From Neocallimastix sp. 'constans' (lineage: Eukaryota), in the NCBI GenBank assembly GCA_050613775.1, contig JBODTK010000012.1, positions 868,001 through 932,000 on the forward strand: 64,000 nt of DNA, given 5' to 3'. Positions 1-12,553 of this stretch are shown piece by piece (positions within the stretch are counted from its first letter, which is position 1; every line of letters begins with the position of its first letter). The translations under genes were made by a program, and so were the position numbers. The notes below the pieces were generated by a model. It ran no database searches and had not been told where the DNA came from. It was given only the letters and a program-made list of their open reading frames with translations.

Positions 1-1181
1 TTAACATAAATATCCTTATCCAACGGAGCATTAAGATAGGCAGCTTTAATATCAAGCTGCATTAGATCCCAATTGAATTTTGAAGCAAGCGCAATTATAA
101 GTTTTAGACTATCTAAACTAAGGGTAGGAGAATATGTTAAGTTATAATCAATTCCCTTTCTCTGGGTGAAACCACGAGCAACCAGACGTTCCTTGTTATT
201 TTGAGATATTACCATTACCGTCCTTTTTGAGAGTATAGACCCACTTAGCTTCTATCCACCGGATTTTATCTGAACGTGTGATGGCTTGTTTATATGAAAG
301 AGGTGTTTCAGTAATACATCTTTTAGAAGTTTCAACATTGTCGAGGGAGATCTTGTACTTTTTGTTACTGTTGGATTGAATAGGGTTTCCAGGTCTTTTA
401 TGCGATTCATTCATGGATGGTTTTAATTTCTTACTCTCTGGATGTTCGGAATGAATCAATTTATGTTTAAGGGGAACAGTGTTTAATATTTCATTGTTTA
501 AGTTAATCTTCTTTTTGGTAGGTGAAATATTACAAGTTGATGACTTTCTTTTAGTGGATGGATTAAATTTTATTTTATCCTTTTCTAAAGAAATGTCCCC
601 AGAGAAATTTGATTCATCATTTGAAACATTAATAGATTGGAAATCTGAAGCGAGATCATCAATGGATTCAATTTTTTCATCATTTAGATAATTGTCTTCA
701 GGTTCCTTACCTTTAGCAGAGTTATTATTCTCATCTTTCTTGTTGTTAGTAATAGGAGTATTTATAATTTTATTAATATTATAGTTTTTAATAGATGAAA
801 CAGGTGAATCAATTTCTGATTCCTTACCTTTTCTTGATGAAGAATTATTTTCTTTGGATTCTGTATTTTCTTCATTAGATTCTTCATTAGATTCTTCATT
901 AGATTCTTCATTAGATTCTTCATTAGATTCTTCATTAGATTCTTCATTAGATTCTTCATTGTATATCAATTTTCCAGAATCATCGTATGCATTTTCATTT
1001 TCGTTAGAGTTGATAATTGGTAATTCGTAAATATAATTGTCGTTATTAAAAATGTTGGTTGGTAACTTATTGTTGCGTATTCTGGTGGTTAAATTTGATG
1101 GAGTTTCTTCATCAAATACTGCTTCTCTTACTAAGTGAATACTGTAGTCCTTTGAATCCATAATTATATAGCAATTGGATT
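1..1181 (-). pseudogene. Copia Pol, 3' part (integrase C-terminus, acidic linker, start of RT)
   Basis: Continues the upstream ORF in frame once 1187-1954 plus one TSD copy are removed (GVFLGISI-ESNCYIIMDSK; 2287+986=3273 nt, divisible by 3). Frameshift near 196-198; RT motifs resume in another frame. Confidence 0.9.
870..960 (-). repeat. 12-bp tandem repeat encoding (NEES)n in the copia IN-RT linker
   Basis: TTCATTAGATTC repeated about 7 times; translates as NEESNEESNEES. Confidence 0.9.
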
Positions 1182-1186
1182 CAATG

Positions 1187-1954
1187 TGTAAAGATTTAAT
1201 AAAATCTTTAATAAATTAATTATTACATAATTAATTAATGTAATAAAATTACATAAATTTATGATTTACGTATATGAAAATTAATTATAAATTTATGTAA
1301 ACTTTTCATAAAGGAAAAATTATTATTTAAATAATTTTGGATAATAACTTAAATCTAAATAATTTATTTAAGTTAGTTAATTTAGTTTAGTTTATTTAAA
1401 ATAGTTATTCTATTTAACTTAGTTAATTTAGTTTAGTTAGTTTAAAATACTTTAAAATTAATTTCGGAATAGTTTTAAATAGTTAAAATTAGTTTAAATA
1501 GTTTACAAAAATAGTTTTGAATTGTAAATATATAAACATTAGTATTAATAATATTTATATAATAAATATATAATAAATGAGTTGTTATTGAATTTAATTA
1601 TTATTGTAAATAAGTTGAAAGTTTATTAAATTAATTATTGTTTAGTTTAGTTAATTATTATTTAATAAAATTATTAATAAATATTTTGTTTATAAATAAA
1701 TAGTAATATATGTAAATTAGATAGAAATAATATATTATAATGTAATAATGAAAAAATATAAATACATGTAAATTTCTATAATTAAATCGATGTATTAGTT
1801 ATTGACTATATGATAGTTAATAACAAAAAAGAGATTTAATTTTTTTAATTAATAAAGATTATTTTATTTAAAAAAACGAATTTTTATTACGTGTTTTTTT
1901 ATTTTTGTGTTAAAATTTGTTATTTGTAATCTGTTTCTGATAGAACTCTTTACA
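1187..1954. mobile_element. Solo LTR (768 bp) nested in the copia integrase
   Basis: Termini TGTAAAGA...TCTTTACA form an 8-bp inverted repeat with TG..CA ends. Flanked by the 5-bp direct repeat CAATG (1182-1186, 1955-1959). Removal restores the host ORF. No internal ORF. Confidence 0.9.
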
Positions 1955-4241
1955 CAATGCTTATTCCTAAAAATACGCCCTTTTTACTGTTGCTATCAAA
2001 TTTCATTTTTCCTTGTGAAAAATCTTTATAGTAGGCATCACAACCAAAAACTTTAATATATTTAAGACTGATCTTTATGTTATAATAGATTTCATTTGGA
2101 ATTTTATTTCCAATTCCTTTAAGTGGAGTTATGTTATAAAGTAAATTTGCATATTTGATAGCGTAATCCCAAAACTCACTAGACATTTTGCTCCACTGAA
2201 TTAAAGTTTTTGCACAACTTACAATGGTGTAGTTGAATCGTTCAGCAATCCCGTTGTTTTGAGGATTGTATGGTGGTGAAAATGTTTTTATTATACCGTG
2301 TTCCTTGCAGTAGTTTAGTACCTTTTTATTGTTACATTCAGTACCTTGATCCGAACGAAAAGTTTTAATATTATAATAGAATTGATTATTTAAGTAAGTA
2401 AAGAAATTTATAATTGTTCTTGGAACTTCTGATTTGTTTTCCAAGAGGAAGATCCAACTTTTGCGAGTATATTCATCAATAAAAGTAAGAACATACCTTT
2501 TCCCTGAGTATGATTTTGAAATAGGACCGATAACATCAGAATGGATTACGTCTAGTGGATGCTTTGCCTTTGGAGTGTCTCCATTATGGGATTTCCTATT
2601 TAATTTGGCAATTTTACAATTTAAGCATTCATTAATTTTGACATTGTGGAGTTTTAGATATTTAGTTAAATTGTCGTGATAAAAATGTCCAAGTCTTCTA
2701 TGCCATAGCATTTTAGACTGATCATTTATGTCCATTGTTTCTTCAGGTGAAACGATGTCAATACAATTCTTTAAATTCGATTTATTCTTCGTAAGTATAT
2801 GAATTGTATTGTTTTTATTAGCTTTAAATGTGCCTATGTTAATTGTTCTTTTGTTTTCAAGTGTGGTTTTTAAAGTGAGAAAAACTTTGTCTCTCCTGGA
2901 TTTAATGTTACATTTTAATCCATTCGTCGCAAGTTTAATTCCACTCAGAAGATTCTTGTTAACTTGTTTAGAATAGAGGACATTTTCGAATTTTATGTTG
3001 TAACCATTAATACTTCCTTCATAGGTACCAACCCCGTCAAACTCACAGATTGAATTATTTGCACACTGCATAGAGATCTTTTCTTCTCTAAAGTTTGAGA
3101 GGATATCATTGTTATTGGTAATGTGCTCTGAAGCACCAGTATCAAAGGTCCAAATCGTTGTATCTTCTGAAGAATTTAATACTAAAGAAATGCATTTATT
3201 TTCGTAGTTTTCTTTAGTGTTCTTTTTTTCTTCTAACGGCTCAAAGCTGTCTAAATTTTTATTATACATGGTCCTAAGTTCTTCTAAGGAAAGTTCTTCA
3301 TCAGAATTTCGTTCTTCATATTCGACGTTTGCAATTGATTTTTGGTGGCTATTTTTACCTTTCCTTTTATTAATTTTAGTTTTCTTTTTGTTTGATTGCT
3401 TCTTGCCTTTTTGAGTCGATCCGTTCCTGTTTTTGTTGATAAGGTTAAATCTACATTCATCGGTAGTATGTCCAAACATTTTGCACAGGTAACAATAGTT
3501 TGGCTCCGAACTTGGTCTGGTTTTATTATTTTTTGAACCGCTTGACTCAATGTTATCAATATCCATGAAGTCACCTTTATCTGTGACGCTTCTATCGAAA
3601 TTAATAGCACTATGCAGGAAAATGTGGAAATTAATCTTGTTGATTGACTCTTCGAGGAAGTCATCAACTGTTTCTGTTCCACTAGGATGAATAAGGTCTC
3701 TTAAAACTTTTGGATAAGACAAATATAAAACCCTGATCTTTTCCCAAGTTCCGAGTTTGATATTGTTCTTATCCATTACTTCAAAGATTTCTTTAATTTG
3801 ATTAATGATATCCTTGCATTCCGAAAGATTTTTGGCTTTTAAAGAATATAACTTCTTCAACCAGTAGTTGAGATCAGCAGTTTTCTTTTTTCCATATAAG
3901 ACCTTTAATTTTTCCATAATATCATAGGCGGTGGTAAGATATCTTATGTAGCTCAAAACTTCTTGACTTACATTTTTACTGATAATGGTACTGGCTAAGG
4001 CATCTTGAGTTTCAGCTTCTTTGATATCCTTTTCCAAGTCCTTGATAGCTTTGACGGTTTCGTCGGATTTTGGTTTTTCCTTTTCCTCCTTAAGCTTATC
4101 ATTTAATTTACCGATTACATTCTCATTTACATACTGTAAAATTTTTAAAGATTTGAGAATGTTTTTAATAAGGAATTCCCAGTTTTCGAAGTTATCCTTA
4201 TTGAGAATATCTTCAGTTCTTAATTTGGTTTCGTTAGACAT
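1950..4241 (-). CDS. Copia Gag-Pol, 5' part (Gag, zinc knuckle, aspartic protease, integrase core); truncated by the solo-LTR insertion
   Basis: 763-aa ORF with the motifs above. Its last codon and stop (GTG TAA) are created at the insertion junction. Confidence 0.93.
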   Translation of the reverse strand: MSNETKLRTEDILNKDNFENWEFLIKNILKSLKILQYVNENVIGKLNDKLKEEKEKPKSDETVKAIKDLEKDIKEAETQDALASTIISKNVSQEVLSYIRYLTTAYDIMEKLKVLYGKKKTADLNYWLKKLYSLKAKNLSECKDIINQIKEIFEVMDKNNIKLGTWEKIRVLYLSYPKVLRDLIHPSGTETVDDFLEESINKINFHIFLHSAINFDRSVTDKGDFMDIDNIESSGSKNNKTRPSSEPNYCYLCKMFGHTTDECRFNLINKNRNGSTQKGKKQSNKKKTKINKRKGKNSHQKSIANVEYEERNSDEELSLEELRTMYNKNLDSFEPLEEKKNTKENYENKCISLVLNSSEDTTIWTFDTGASEHITNNNDILSNFREEKISMQCANNSICEFDGVGTYEGSINGYNIKFENVLYSKQVNKNLLSGIKLATNGLKCNIKSRRDKVFLTLKTTLENKRTINIGTFKANKNNTIHILTKNKSNLKNCIDIVSPEETMDINDQSKMLWHRRLGHFYHDNLTKYLKLHNVKINECLNCKIAKLNRKSHNGDTPKAKHPLDVIHSDVIGPISKSYSGKRYVLTFIDEYTRKSWIFLLENKSEVPRTIINFFTYLNNQFYYNIKTFRSDQGTECNNKKVLNYCKEHGIIKTFSPPYNPQNNGIAERFNYTIVSCAKTLIQWSKMSSEFWDYAIKYANLLYNITPLKGIGNKIPNEIYYNIKISLKYIKVFGCDAYYKDFSQGKMKFDSNSKKGVFLGISIV

Positions 4242-4261
4242 GTCGTAGATAGTATAAGAGG

Positions 4262-4277
4262 ATGAGACTCTTAATCT
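4262..4277 (-). other. Copia primer-binding site complementary to the tRNA-Lys(CUU) anticodon arm
   Basis: Element-sense AGATTAAGAGTCTCAT lies between the LTR end (..TAAACA) and the gag ATG. The + strand ATGAGACTCTTAATCT matches the eukaryotic tRNA-Lys-CTT anticodon stem-loop as I recall it. Confidence 0.7.
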
Positions 4278-4279
4278 TT

Positions 4280-4539
4280 TGTTTATAAAATATTTTATTG
4301 ATTAAAGTTTATTTATTTAATATGAGTAATTACTTGATTTTTTTAAAATTTATGAGATTACATTTGTATTTATACTATTTGTGGCTAAATAAAAATATAA
4401 CGAGAAATTATTACATAATATATTTCATTGTATTAGCTTAACAACGAGTTCGTTGTATTATAAAAATATCTTTTAATTTATTTAATACACATAAATTATT
4501 TTAATATAAATTTAATATATTTTTCTTTGTATTCTAACA
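4280..4539 (-). repeat. Putative 5' LTR of the copia element (about 260 bp)
   Basis: On the - strand it begins TGTTAGAAT and ends TAAACA just before the PBS. The partner LTR is outside the window, so the outer boundary is tentative. Confidence 0.55.
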
Positions 4540-4601
4540 ATAAATAAATAATTTCTATTTTAATGTCAATCATAAAAAAAATTTATAAATAAATAATAAA
4601 T

Positions 4602-4635
<34 letters not shown>

Positions 4636-5312
4636 GACCGTAGCAGGATTTCTCCCCAGCTGCACATCCGTAGACACACAATGGTTTATTACTAGAGCCC
4701 TTATCTAACTTCCTACTTAAATAATAAATAATAAATAATGAATAATGAATAATCAATAATAAATAATATATAATATATAATAATAATATATTATAATAAT
4801 ATAAAATAAGACTTTAAAGAAATAATTGTAATTATAAAATAATAATAATAATAATTATAATAAGTAATTACTAGTAGTAATACAAACATTAATATATAAT
4901 GATGATGATAATGATAATGATAAAAATGGGAGAGTTGCTTTTCACTAAGTTCTATTTCACTTTGTTGCATTTCACCAATTGTCTTATTATTATTAAAATG
5001 TGACATTTCGCCAAGTGGCGTATTGATATAAATTATATATGAATAAATAAAAATTCAAAATATGTTTTTTAAAACTTGTTTATAATATTTATTTAATGAT
5101 CAATATTATTTTAATATTATTTTTACAAATATTATTCATTTATTTTATTTTAGTTATAATAATATTTAATTAATGATATATATTTTAATATTTTGGAAAA
5201 TAATAATTAAATAGTTTGTTATAAAAAATAAATGCATCATTTTTTTAAGACGCCACATTCTCTAAAAATATTTGGCTATATGCTCACTCCGAATAAAAAT
5301 AATTATAATAAT

Positions 5313-5314
5313 AA

Positions 5315-5380
<66 letters not shown>

Positions 5381-5405
5381 TATTATTATTATTATTATTA
5401 TTATT
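5313..5405. repeat. (AAT)n followed directly by (ATT)n microsatellite
   Basis: Seen directly; produces the spurious poly-Ile ORF 5232-5420. Confidence 0.9.
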
Positions 5406-5737
5406 GAATATGAAGTTTAATTAATAAGGTTATTTATGATTTAATATAAATAGGTGATTAGCAATGTTCAATCTAATGAAATTTACATGTATTTATACTA
5501 AAGACGTGGCTTATTCTAGAATACTTTTATATTAAAAATTTGTTATCATTATTCTAGATTCATTTAATATATAATTTCACATATTGTAACAATAATATTA
5601 ATAATAATACTGGAAGACTGTAGAGAAAGTGAGCCTGAGGTTTTATATTGATTTTAAACAGGATATGTATGTAACATTGGAATTGTATAATTAATAATAT
5701 CATGTAGTTTCTATATATTATCATTATAATGAATTTG

Positions 5738-5782
<45 letters not shown>

Positions 5783-6839
5783 ACTTTAACATTATTTTGA
5801 ATATGTACTTTTCTATAGTATTATGTAAACTTATGTAATTATTATTAAAATGAAAATGTAGGAAATTGATTAACTCCAAAAGTTTATGTTTAAGACTTAA
5901 TTAACAGGGACTGGAATCTTTTTATAGTCTTTTTACTACTAACATTTTATTTACATCTACATTTTAGCTAAAATATGATTATTTAACAGAAAATTTTTTA
6001 GGATATAAAGAGTTTTATTAATAAATCAAAAGATAAAAAAAAAGAAAAAATTATTCAATATAACAAAATTTATAAAAGTGGTTTTGTTTTATTTAAATAT
6101 TTATCAGTTAATACTCAAGGAACAAAGAAAGAACTTCATATTATTTTAATTATTTTATATATTTTTTTTATTTTTAATTTTTCTATATATATATATTTTT
6201 TATTTATATTTATACTTCGTAGTTTTTATTATTTTTAGTTTATATTAATTTAATTTTTTATCGATTTGTAACTCATTGTTCATCATGGAAAAGATATTTC
6301 ATACGGGGTTCTCGCTGCTATGGAATATCTATTAAAAACAGGGTTGATTTTTATCGGTGGTATACACTCATGGTTCAATGCTAAAATGAAGGAATTTATT
6401 CATTCTAGATTCAACAAATTCAAGGATAATATCTTGTCAATGAAAATAATCACTAAATTCAATGATAACTTCTTCAGGATAAAAAACTATATTCACCAAA
6501 TTTTCATCCATAAAAAACTTGAAAAAAAATGTATTTGAAAAATCATTTAGTAAAAGTTAAAATTTCATATTATAGATGTTCCAAATAGAATCATGAGGGT
6601 TCTTTTCAACATTTAAAAACCAAATTTAATATTTAATAACACATCCATTAATACAAACTCAGCAAAGTCTCAGTTTAAGTAATTTAGAAAAATGTTATTA
6701 ATACCAACCATGTACTCAATGCTCCCAATATATATTCCTAATCTTAATTCTTAAAATCCATTTTCACATTCTAAAAAAGCTATAAAGTTTTCCTTTTGTC
6801 TTAGTTTTGAATTCAAAGGAATGTAATTTTGTGAAAAGA

Positions 6840-7096
6840 GATACTTACTGGGTGTCTCAACACGATTTTTTAAAACCATTACTTCTATGAAAGAAATTTA
6901 TCATTACAATATATTTTGAGATTCTTGGTGAAGAATTAGGAAATAAAAAAAATTTCAGTAGATTGTAGATTGTACAATTTAAAAAAGTTCATGAACACTG
7001 CTAATTTCATTACTAAGGACTTATCTATTACCTCTTCAAGAGAAATCATAAAAGTGATGTTTAGAATGTCCCTCAAATTTATTGCTTTCAAAAGCA

Positions 7097-7138
<42 letters not shown>

Positions 7139-7340
7139 AACAAATTAAGGATTATAAATCTGTAAGTTATTCCAATGAATTTGTTAAAATTGTTAACTCG
7201 TATAATAGACTATGTAAATCAATTCGTAAAAAATGTCAAACAAATTTAGAAAAAAAAAAAAAAAAAAAAAAAAAGAATATTTTATATTAGATTAAAAATT
7301 GGATGTTCATAAGCTCTTAAAAATGATAGTATGAAAGTAT

Positions 7341-7375
<35 letters not shown>

Positions 7376-8450
7376 GAATATTTTATATTAGATTAAAAAT
7401 TGGATGTTCATAAGCTCTTAAAAATGATAGTATGAAAGTATGGAAAAGGGTTAAAAAAAAAAAAAAACAGCAAAAGTAAATCATCAATCGTTCATGGTCT
7501 CTCATCCTATATTAAAAAAATAACAATGAACTTGTTTCTTCTACTACATAGGAAAAATTAAAAAAACTTAGCTTTCTCGTTTATAAATTCTTAAGGGTCA
7601 AAATTCTTCAGGTCATAGTCTTTTCTAAAAATTTCTGGAAAGATTCTGATACATTTAAGGAATTTGGGGAGTCCAAGGTAATAAGAATGAGATATTTAAC
7701 CAAGGTATTATCAATGAAGAAATTAAAGAGGCAATTCTCATCTACGCCTAACTTTAAAACTTGTGGTCTTGATGGTATTCCATTGGGAATTCTTCAAATC
7801 ATTGATTCCTGGCAAAAATTATTCAGAATAATCAGATGAAATAGTGATATTTCATCTGTCTTTAAAATGTCTCAAAGTCTTAATTAATTGTATTTGGAAT
7901 GGTGACTTCCCCAAAAAAAAAAATCATGGAATAATACATTGATAGTTTCTATTCATAAAAAAAAGGGTGATCCATCAGATTGTAATAACTATCGTTGCAT
8001 CTCTATTATCAATAATGGATTATAAATATATAGCAAAAAATTATAACTAATAGAACTTCTAAATATGGAATTGATGAAGGATTTATAATACGTGAACATT
8101 ATGGATTTCGTAATCATGAAGAATGTATAAAATCTTTACACTACAATTAAGAATTATATGGCAGAGACGAAAATTTGAAAATAAGGATACTTACCTTGCT
8201 TTTTTTGGACCTTAAAAAAAAAAAAAAAAAAAAAAAAAGCATATGACTCAGGACTCAGATCCCATTAATAATATATTAATGATGATTCATCACTTAGGTA
8301 TTAGAGATATGTGATCTAAATTTATTGAAAACTTATACTTATCTTCTATGGCTTATGTTAAGGGTTGATGAACAATTATAGGAATCATTTACTAATAAGA
8401 AAGGAGTTCGTCAAGGTTGTCCCCTCTCATCAATTTTATTTAATATTAGT
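6840..8450 (+). mobile_element. Degenerate LINE (non-LTR retrotransposon) reverse-transcriptase region
   Basis: Broken frames read CIWNGDFP, IVSIHKK.GDPSDCNNYRCISIINN, YGFRNHEECI, DL(K)KAYDS, KGVRQGCPLSSILFNI; many frameshifts at poly-A runs. Confidence 0.85.
7274..7451 (+). repeat. Tandem duplication (about 77-bp unit plus poly-A) inside the LINE relic
   Basis: GAATATTTTATATTAGATTAAAAATTGGATGTTCATAAGCTC...GGAAAAGGGT occurs twice, separated by a poly-A run. Confidence 0.9.
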
Positions 8451-8954
8451 GATAGTGAAAATAATAATATCTTTACTAATAATACAGTGAATAATGAGAA
8501 TAATAGTATCATTACTAATAATGTAGTGAATAGCTCAATTGGTGAAAATCGTGTGTTAATTTAAGTAATTTTTTTTTGAATAATGAGTGGTGTAAATATA
8601 TATGTGACGTGGCACGGATTATATAACTTCCTTCTCGTTGCATATGAACTTTTTACTGAATTTATTTATTCACTTTATTTTTTAATATTACTTTTTATTT
8701 CATGTTACAATTTTTAAATATTATTATTTTCTAGAAGGACAAATAATATTTATTTATTTTATTAATTCTTTTTTTTTTTTTTTTTTTATTTCTATTTTTT
8801 AATAAAATTATAAACATTCATATAATTAATAAATGAATAAGTCAATTAAGATTAAAGTTCTCAATAGTTGAAGCTATAAAATAAAAAATAATAGTAATAA
8901 TATATAATAATATATAAATAAACTTTAATTAATAATAAAGCGGTTTATTAGTTC

Positions 8955-9110
8955 TTAAATTATGAGTCTCAATTGTATAAAATATCTACTGAATTTCAAT
9001 TAAAGCCTAAAGTCTGCCTTAACAAGACTTAATTCTGATGAATGGTCTTTCTTAATTAAAAATGCATTAATGACTAAGAAAGTCTCTAATTGTATTGATT
9101 AAGATCATTA
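8955..9110 (+). mobile_element. Copia relic: decayed PBS and N-terminus of gag
   Basis: ATTATGAGTCTCA resembles the PBS at 4262 and 36731. Downstream broken reading CLNKT.NSDEWSFLIKNAL resembles ILNKDNFENWEFLIKNIL of the intact gag. Confidence 0.6.
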
Positions 9111-10293
9111 AATATTACTGGATGATTAAAAGATATAAAATATATAATAATCATAGTCAACAATGGAAAACATGACACAAAATAATCAATTTAATTACGG
9201 CTAAGTAAATCAGTATAATGAAAAGCTTAAATAATAAAATAAAATAATAAACAACATTTATTATACATAAATATTTTTTATATCAATTAATTTATTTTAT
9301 TTTAAATAATTTTTATTAATTTATAAAATATTTATAATATATTTTATAGAATCAAACTTTTTAACTAATAGAATTCTTTTTTTTCTTTTTTTTTTTTATT
9401 TATTAGTACTATTTTAATGATAATAAAATATTTGATAATAATATATATATATATTTTTTTAAATAAAAAAAAAAATTTTTATTTTATAAAAAAAAAAAAA
9501 GAATTTTTAAATTAATTATTATTATTATTAACAATAATATTATTAATATATATAATTTTTTACTTTTATTTCATAATTAATAATATAATTATGATATAAT
9601 TATATTCTTTTTTTTTTTTTTATTTTTTTTTATTTTTATTTCATTCTTTTTTAAAAAATAACTATATCATTAAAATATAGATGACATTATCTGCTAAATA
9701 ATTATTAAAAGTTCATTAAGTGAAAAATTTCAATAATTACAATTTTATTCCTTTATTTGTAAAACTTATTATATCACTAATATATATATAGAAAGAATCA
9801 AAAAAAAAAAAAAAAAAAAAAAAAAAATAATAATAATAAAGAAAAATAAAATTTAAAAAATTATTAATAAAAATTGTATGAATATTTTAATCTTATTGAA
9901 TTTAAGATTAAATATTTTAATAAACAATTATATATGAAATTTTTATTTTCAATTTTTTTGTTGATATTTCTTTCTATGCTTTGTTTTTTACAATTTCTCT
10001 TTATTATTAATTATCATTTATTTATTTAAGATGGTTTAAAATAAATATATTTAATTATTTTATATTCTTTTTTTTTTAATTATATTCTAATTATTAAGTA
10101 TATAAAAATTTTATTATATTTTGATTATTAATTATCATTTTTTTAATTAAGAAAAATATATATTTATATTATTATTTAATATTTTATAATATTAATAATA
10201 ATAATATAAATATATAAAGAGAGGAAAAAAAAAAAAAGAAAATACTCTATATTAATAATATTTAATAATATTTTAATATACAATTAATTCCTT

Positions 10294-10338
<45 letters not shown>

Positions 10339-10429
10339 ATTTTATTTTTTTTTTCTAGTTTAACGGAGTATCTATTATCTATTTTTTTTTTTTTATTTTT
10401 TTTTATATTAAATTATTAAATAATCTTAT

Positions 10430-11500
10430 GTTTGACTTAAGAATCCAAATGTTGGGGTTGGTAGAGTTTTATCAGAGTCACAAAAAGATTCTCTATGGGA
10501 GGGCGAGGATTTAAGGTGTGTATAATTTTTTATGATATTTTTGGATTACCAAGAAAAAATTATTTTCCGAAACGAACGATTCCACCTATTTATCATTAGA
10601 TAATAGAAATTACTTATATATGTGCATAGTTAATAAATTTATATGCATCTTAAATATTGAAATAATATAAATGTTGATTTTTTTCTAATTTATAATAATC
10701 ATTACAATATTGAAAACATACAATCAATCGGTTCGAAAAGTTGAAGTAGAAGATATAATTAATATCGAATTTAGTTGCATTTAATTAAACCTAAAGTATA
10801 AGAATCAACTAAAACAAACCAACATATTTATCTGTATATATTGTTAATTTGATGAAAATGCCATCACGATAGAAAATAGTGCCATTATCACCACCATTCA
10901 CCTAAAACTAAAGATTCATTATCAATGAGCATAATAATAATATGTGTTATTGAGATAGTCATTATGAGTGTATATAGAATATCCCAAAGAGAATCTGTGG
11001 AATAATCACAGTATGATAATGTAATTGGAGAATCTAAAATAACAGAAAAATGTACACATGTATCGCATTCTGAGTTGTTCAAGTAATATGTTTCAGTGTT
11101 AGGGAGTAGAAGTAATCTTTAAAAGAGAAGGTAATATCATTCTCTTGGGAATAATAAAATTCATAGCAAGGTTTAATAGTAATTGGATTATTTTGTTTTT
11201 TTGTAAAACAGATATACATTTATTAGTATTTACTTGATAGAATTAATATATGGTACAACCACTCTCGATAGTTGTAGTTAGTTCGATAGTTGATGGGGGT
11301 GGATGTAGAAACAGATATAAGATATCGATCATCCCTTTTCAACTCCTCAAGACCTATTTCATTAGTGTATGTAACATCAATATTTTATATGCATGTGTAA
11401 TCAGTTTTAGAGTAACAATCAGAAATAAATTGATTGGTAGATAATATTTGTATATCTATAATAGTGTAACGACATCAATGTCTGGAAAAATAAACTTTAC
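10430..11500. pseudogene. Unidentified decayed coding-like island
   Basis: Higher GC and sequence complexity than the flanks; only short broken ORFs; no family recognised. Confidence 0.25.
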
Positions 11501-12521
11501 TATAAATAATACAATAATTTAATAATAAAGAGCAGTAATACTAATAATTGTGCTTTATAAAAAGAAGAAAAAAAAATTTTTTTTAATAATATAAAATAAA
11601 GAATTCCATTTAAAAATAAAATTATTAACTATTAACTAAATTATATATAAAATATTAATCATAAAAATTATTCAATACATCAAATTCTTTTTGAATCGTA
11701 ATTCATGATTCATGATTCATGATTCATAATTCATAATTTATGATATATAATTCTTCACTCCTTTTGTTCTTGATTTTACTCCTATTTACACATTTTGTTA
11801 CAGTTAAAGTTGGTGGCATTTCATGAATATTTTTAGAATTATGTAAAATATTTAAATTGAATTGAAATTAATAATATAATTTTAATTATTACTTTAATAA
11901 ATAATTAATTCATAATAATATTTTTTAAGGAATATTTATTATTATATATAACTATAAATTTAAATAATTTTATTTTCTTCTCATTTTACAGAAATATCAG
12001 TAATAGAAAAAGAAAAAGTAATATAGTGTGGTTAAGTAGGAATACAAATATTTTGGAATATTCGAATTATGGATTAAATCGTTAATATAAACTTCATATC
12101 TTACCTTATTTTATAATATAATTTATAAAGATTATTATTTATTATATTTATAATGAAGTTTTACAGAAAATTGTGAATTATTTAGGATGTAGTTGTTGAA
12201 ACTGTATTACGAATATGGAGTTTAGTTGTTAATTATGAGATTCAGATAATTCTTGTATTAGAAAAATAAAATAATATATTGATATGTATAATTTATTTTC
12301 GAATCTTGTTCATTCGAGAATAAATCCCTTTAAACTTGTTACTTGTTATCTAAAATATACTCTTTTTTTTTTCAAGTTCATCAAATTCACTATTAACTTT
12401 ATGTTTTGAATTTGAATAAACATCCAACACAATTTCATTACCTTTACTACTATTTCTTCACTTATTCAAATCAAAAAAAAATATTTTTGTAATATTTTTC
12501 AATAAATTCATCAAAATTATA

Positions 12522-12553
<32 letters not shown>

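Larger units (their letters stand above)
1..4539 (-). mobile_element. Ty1/copia LTR retrotransposon: 5' LTR, PBS, gag-PR-IN-RT; runs off the left window edge; disrupted by a nested solo LTR and an RT frameshift
   Basis: Copia domain order on the - strand: zinc knuckle CYLCKMFGHTTDEC, protease WTFDTGASEH, LWHRRLGH..CLNC, integrase IHSD..RSDQGTE..NGIAER, then RT KWVY / ERLVARGFTQRKGIDY..TYSPT..QLDIKAAYLNA (read by hand at 1-195). Confidence 0.95.

Noticed and set aside
762..959. (MKNL)n ORF
   Set aside because: Alternative frame of the 12-bp NEES repeat inside copia pol.
2434..4248. Short antisense and alternate-frame ORFs over gag-pol
   Set aside because: Shadows of the real ORF with no independent motifs.
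4262..4277. tRNA-Lys gene
   Set aside because: Only the anticodon arm is present, with no D arm, T arm or acceptor stem; interpreted as a PBS.
5232..5420. Poly-Ile ORF
   Set aside because: Translation of an (AAT)n/(ATT)n microsatellite.
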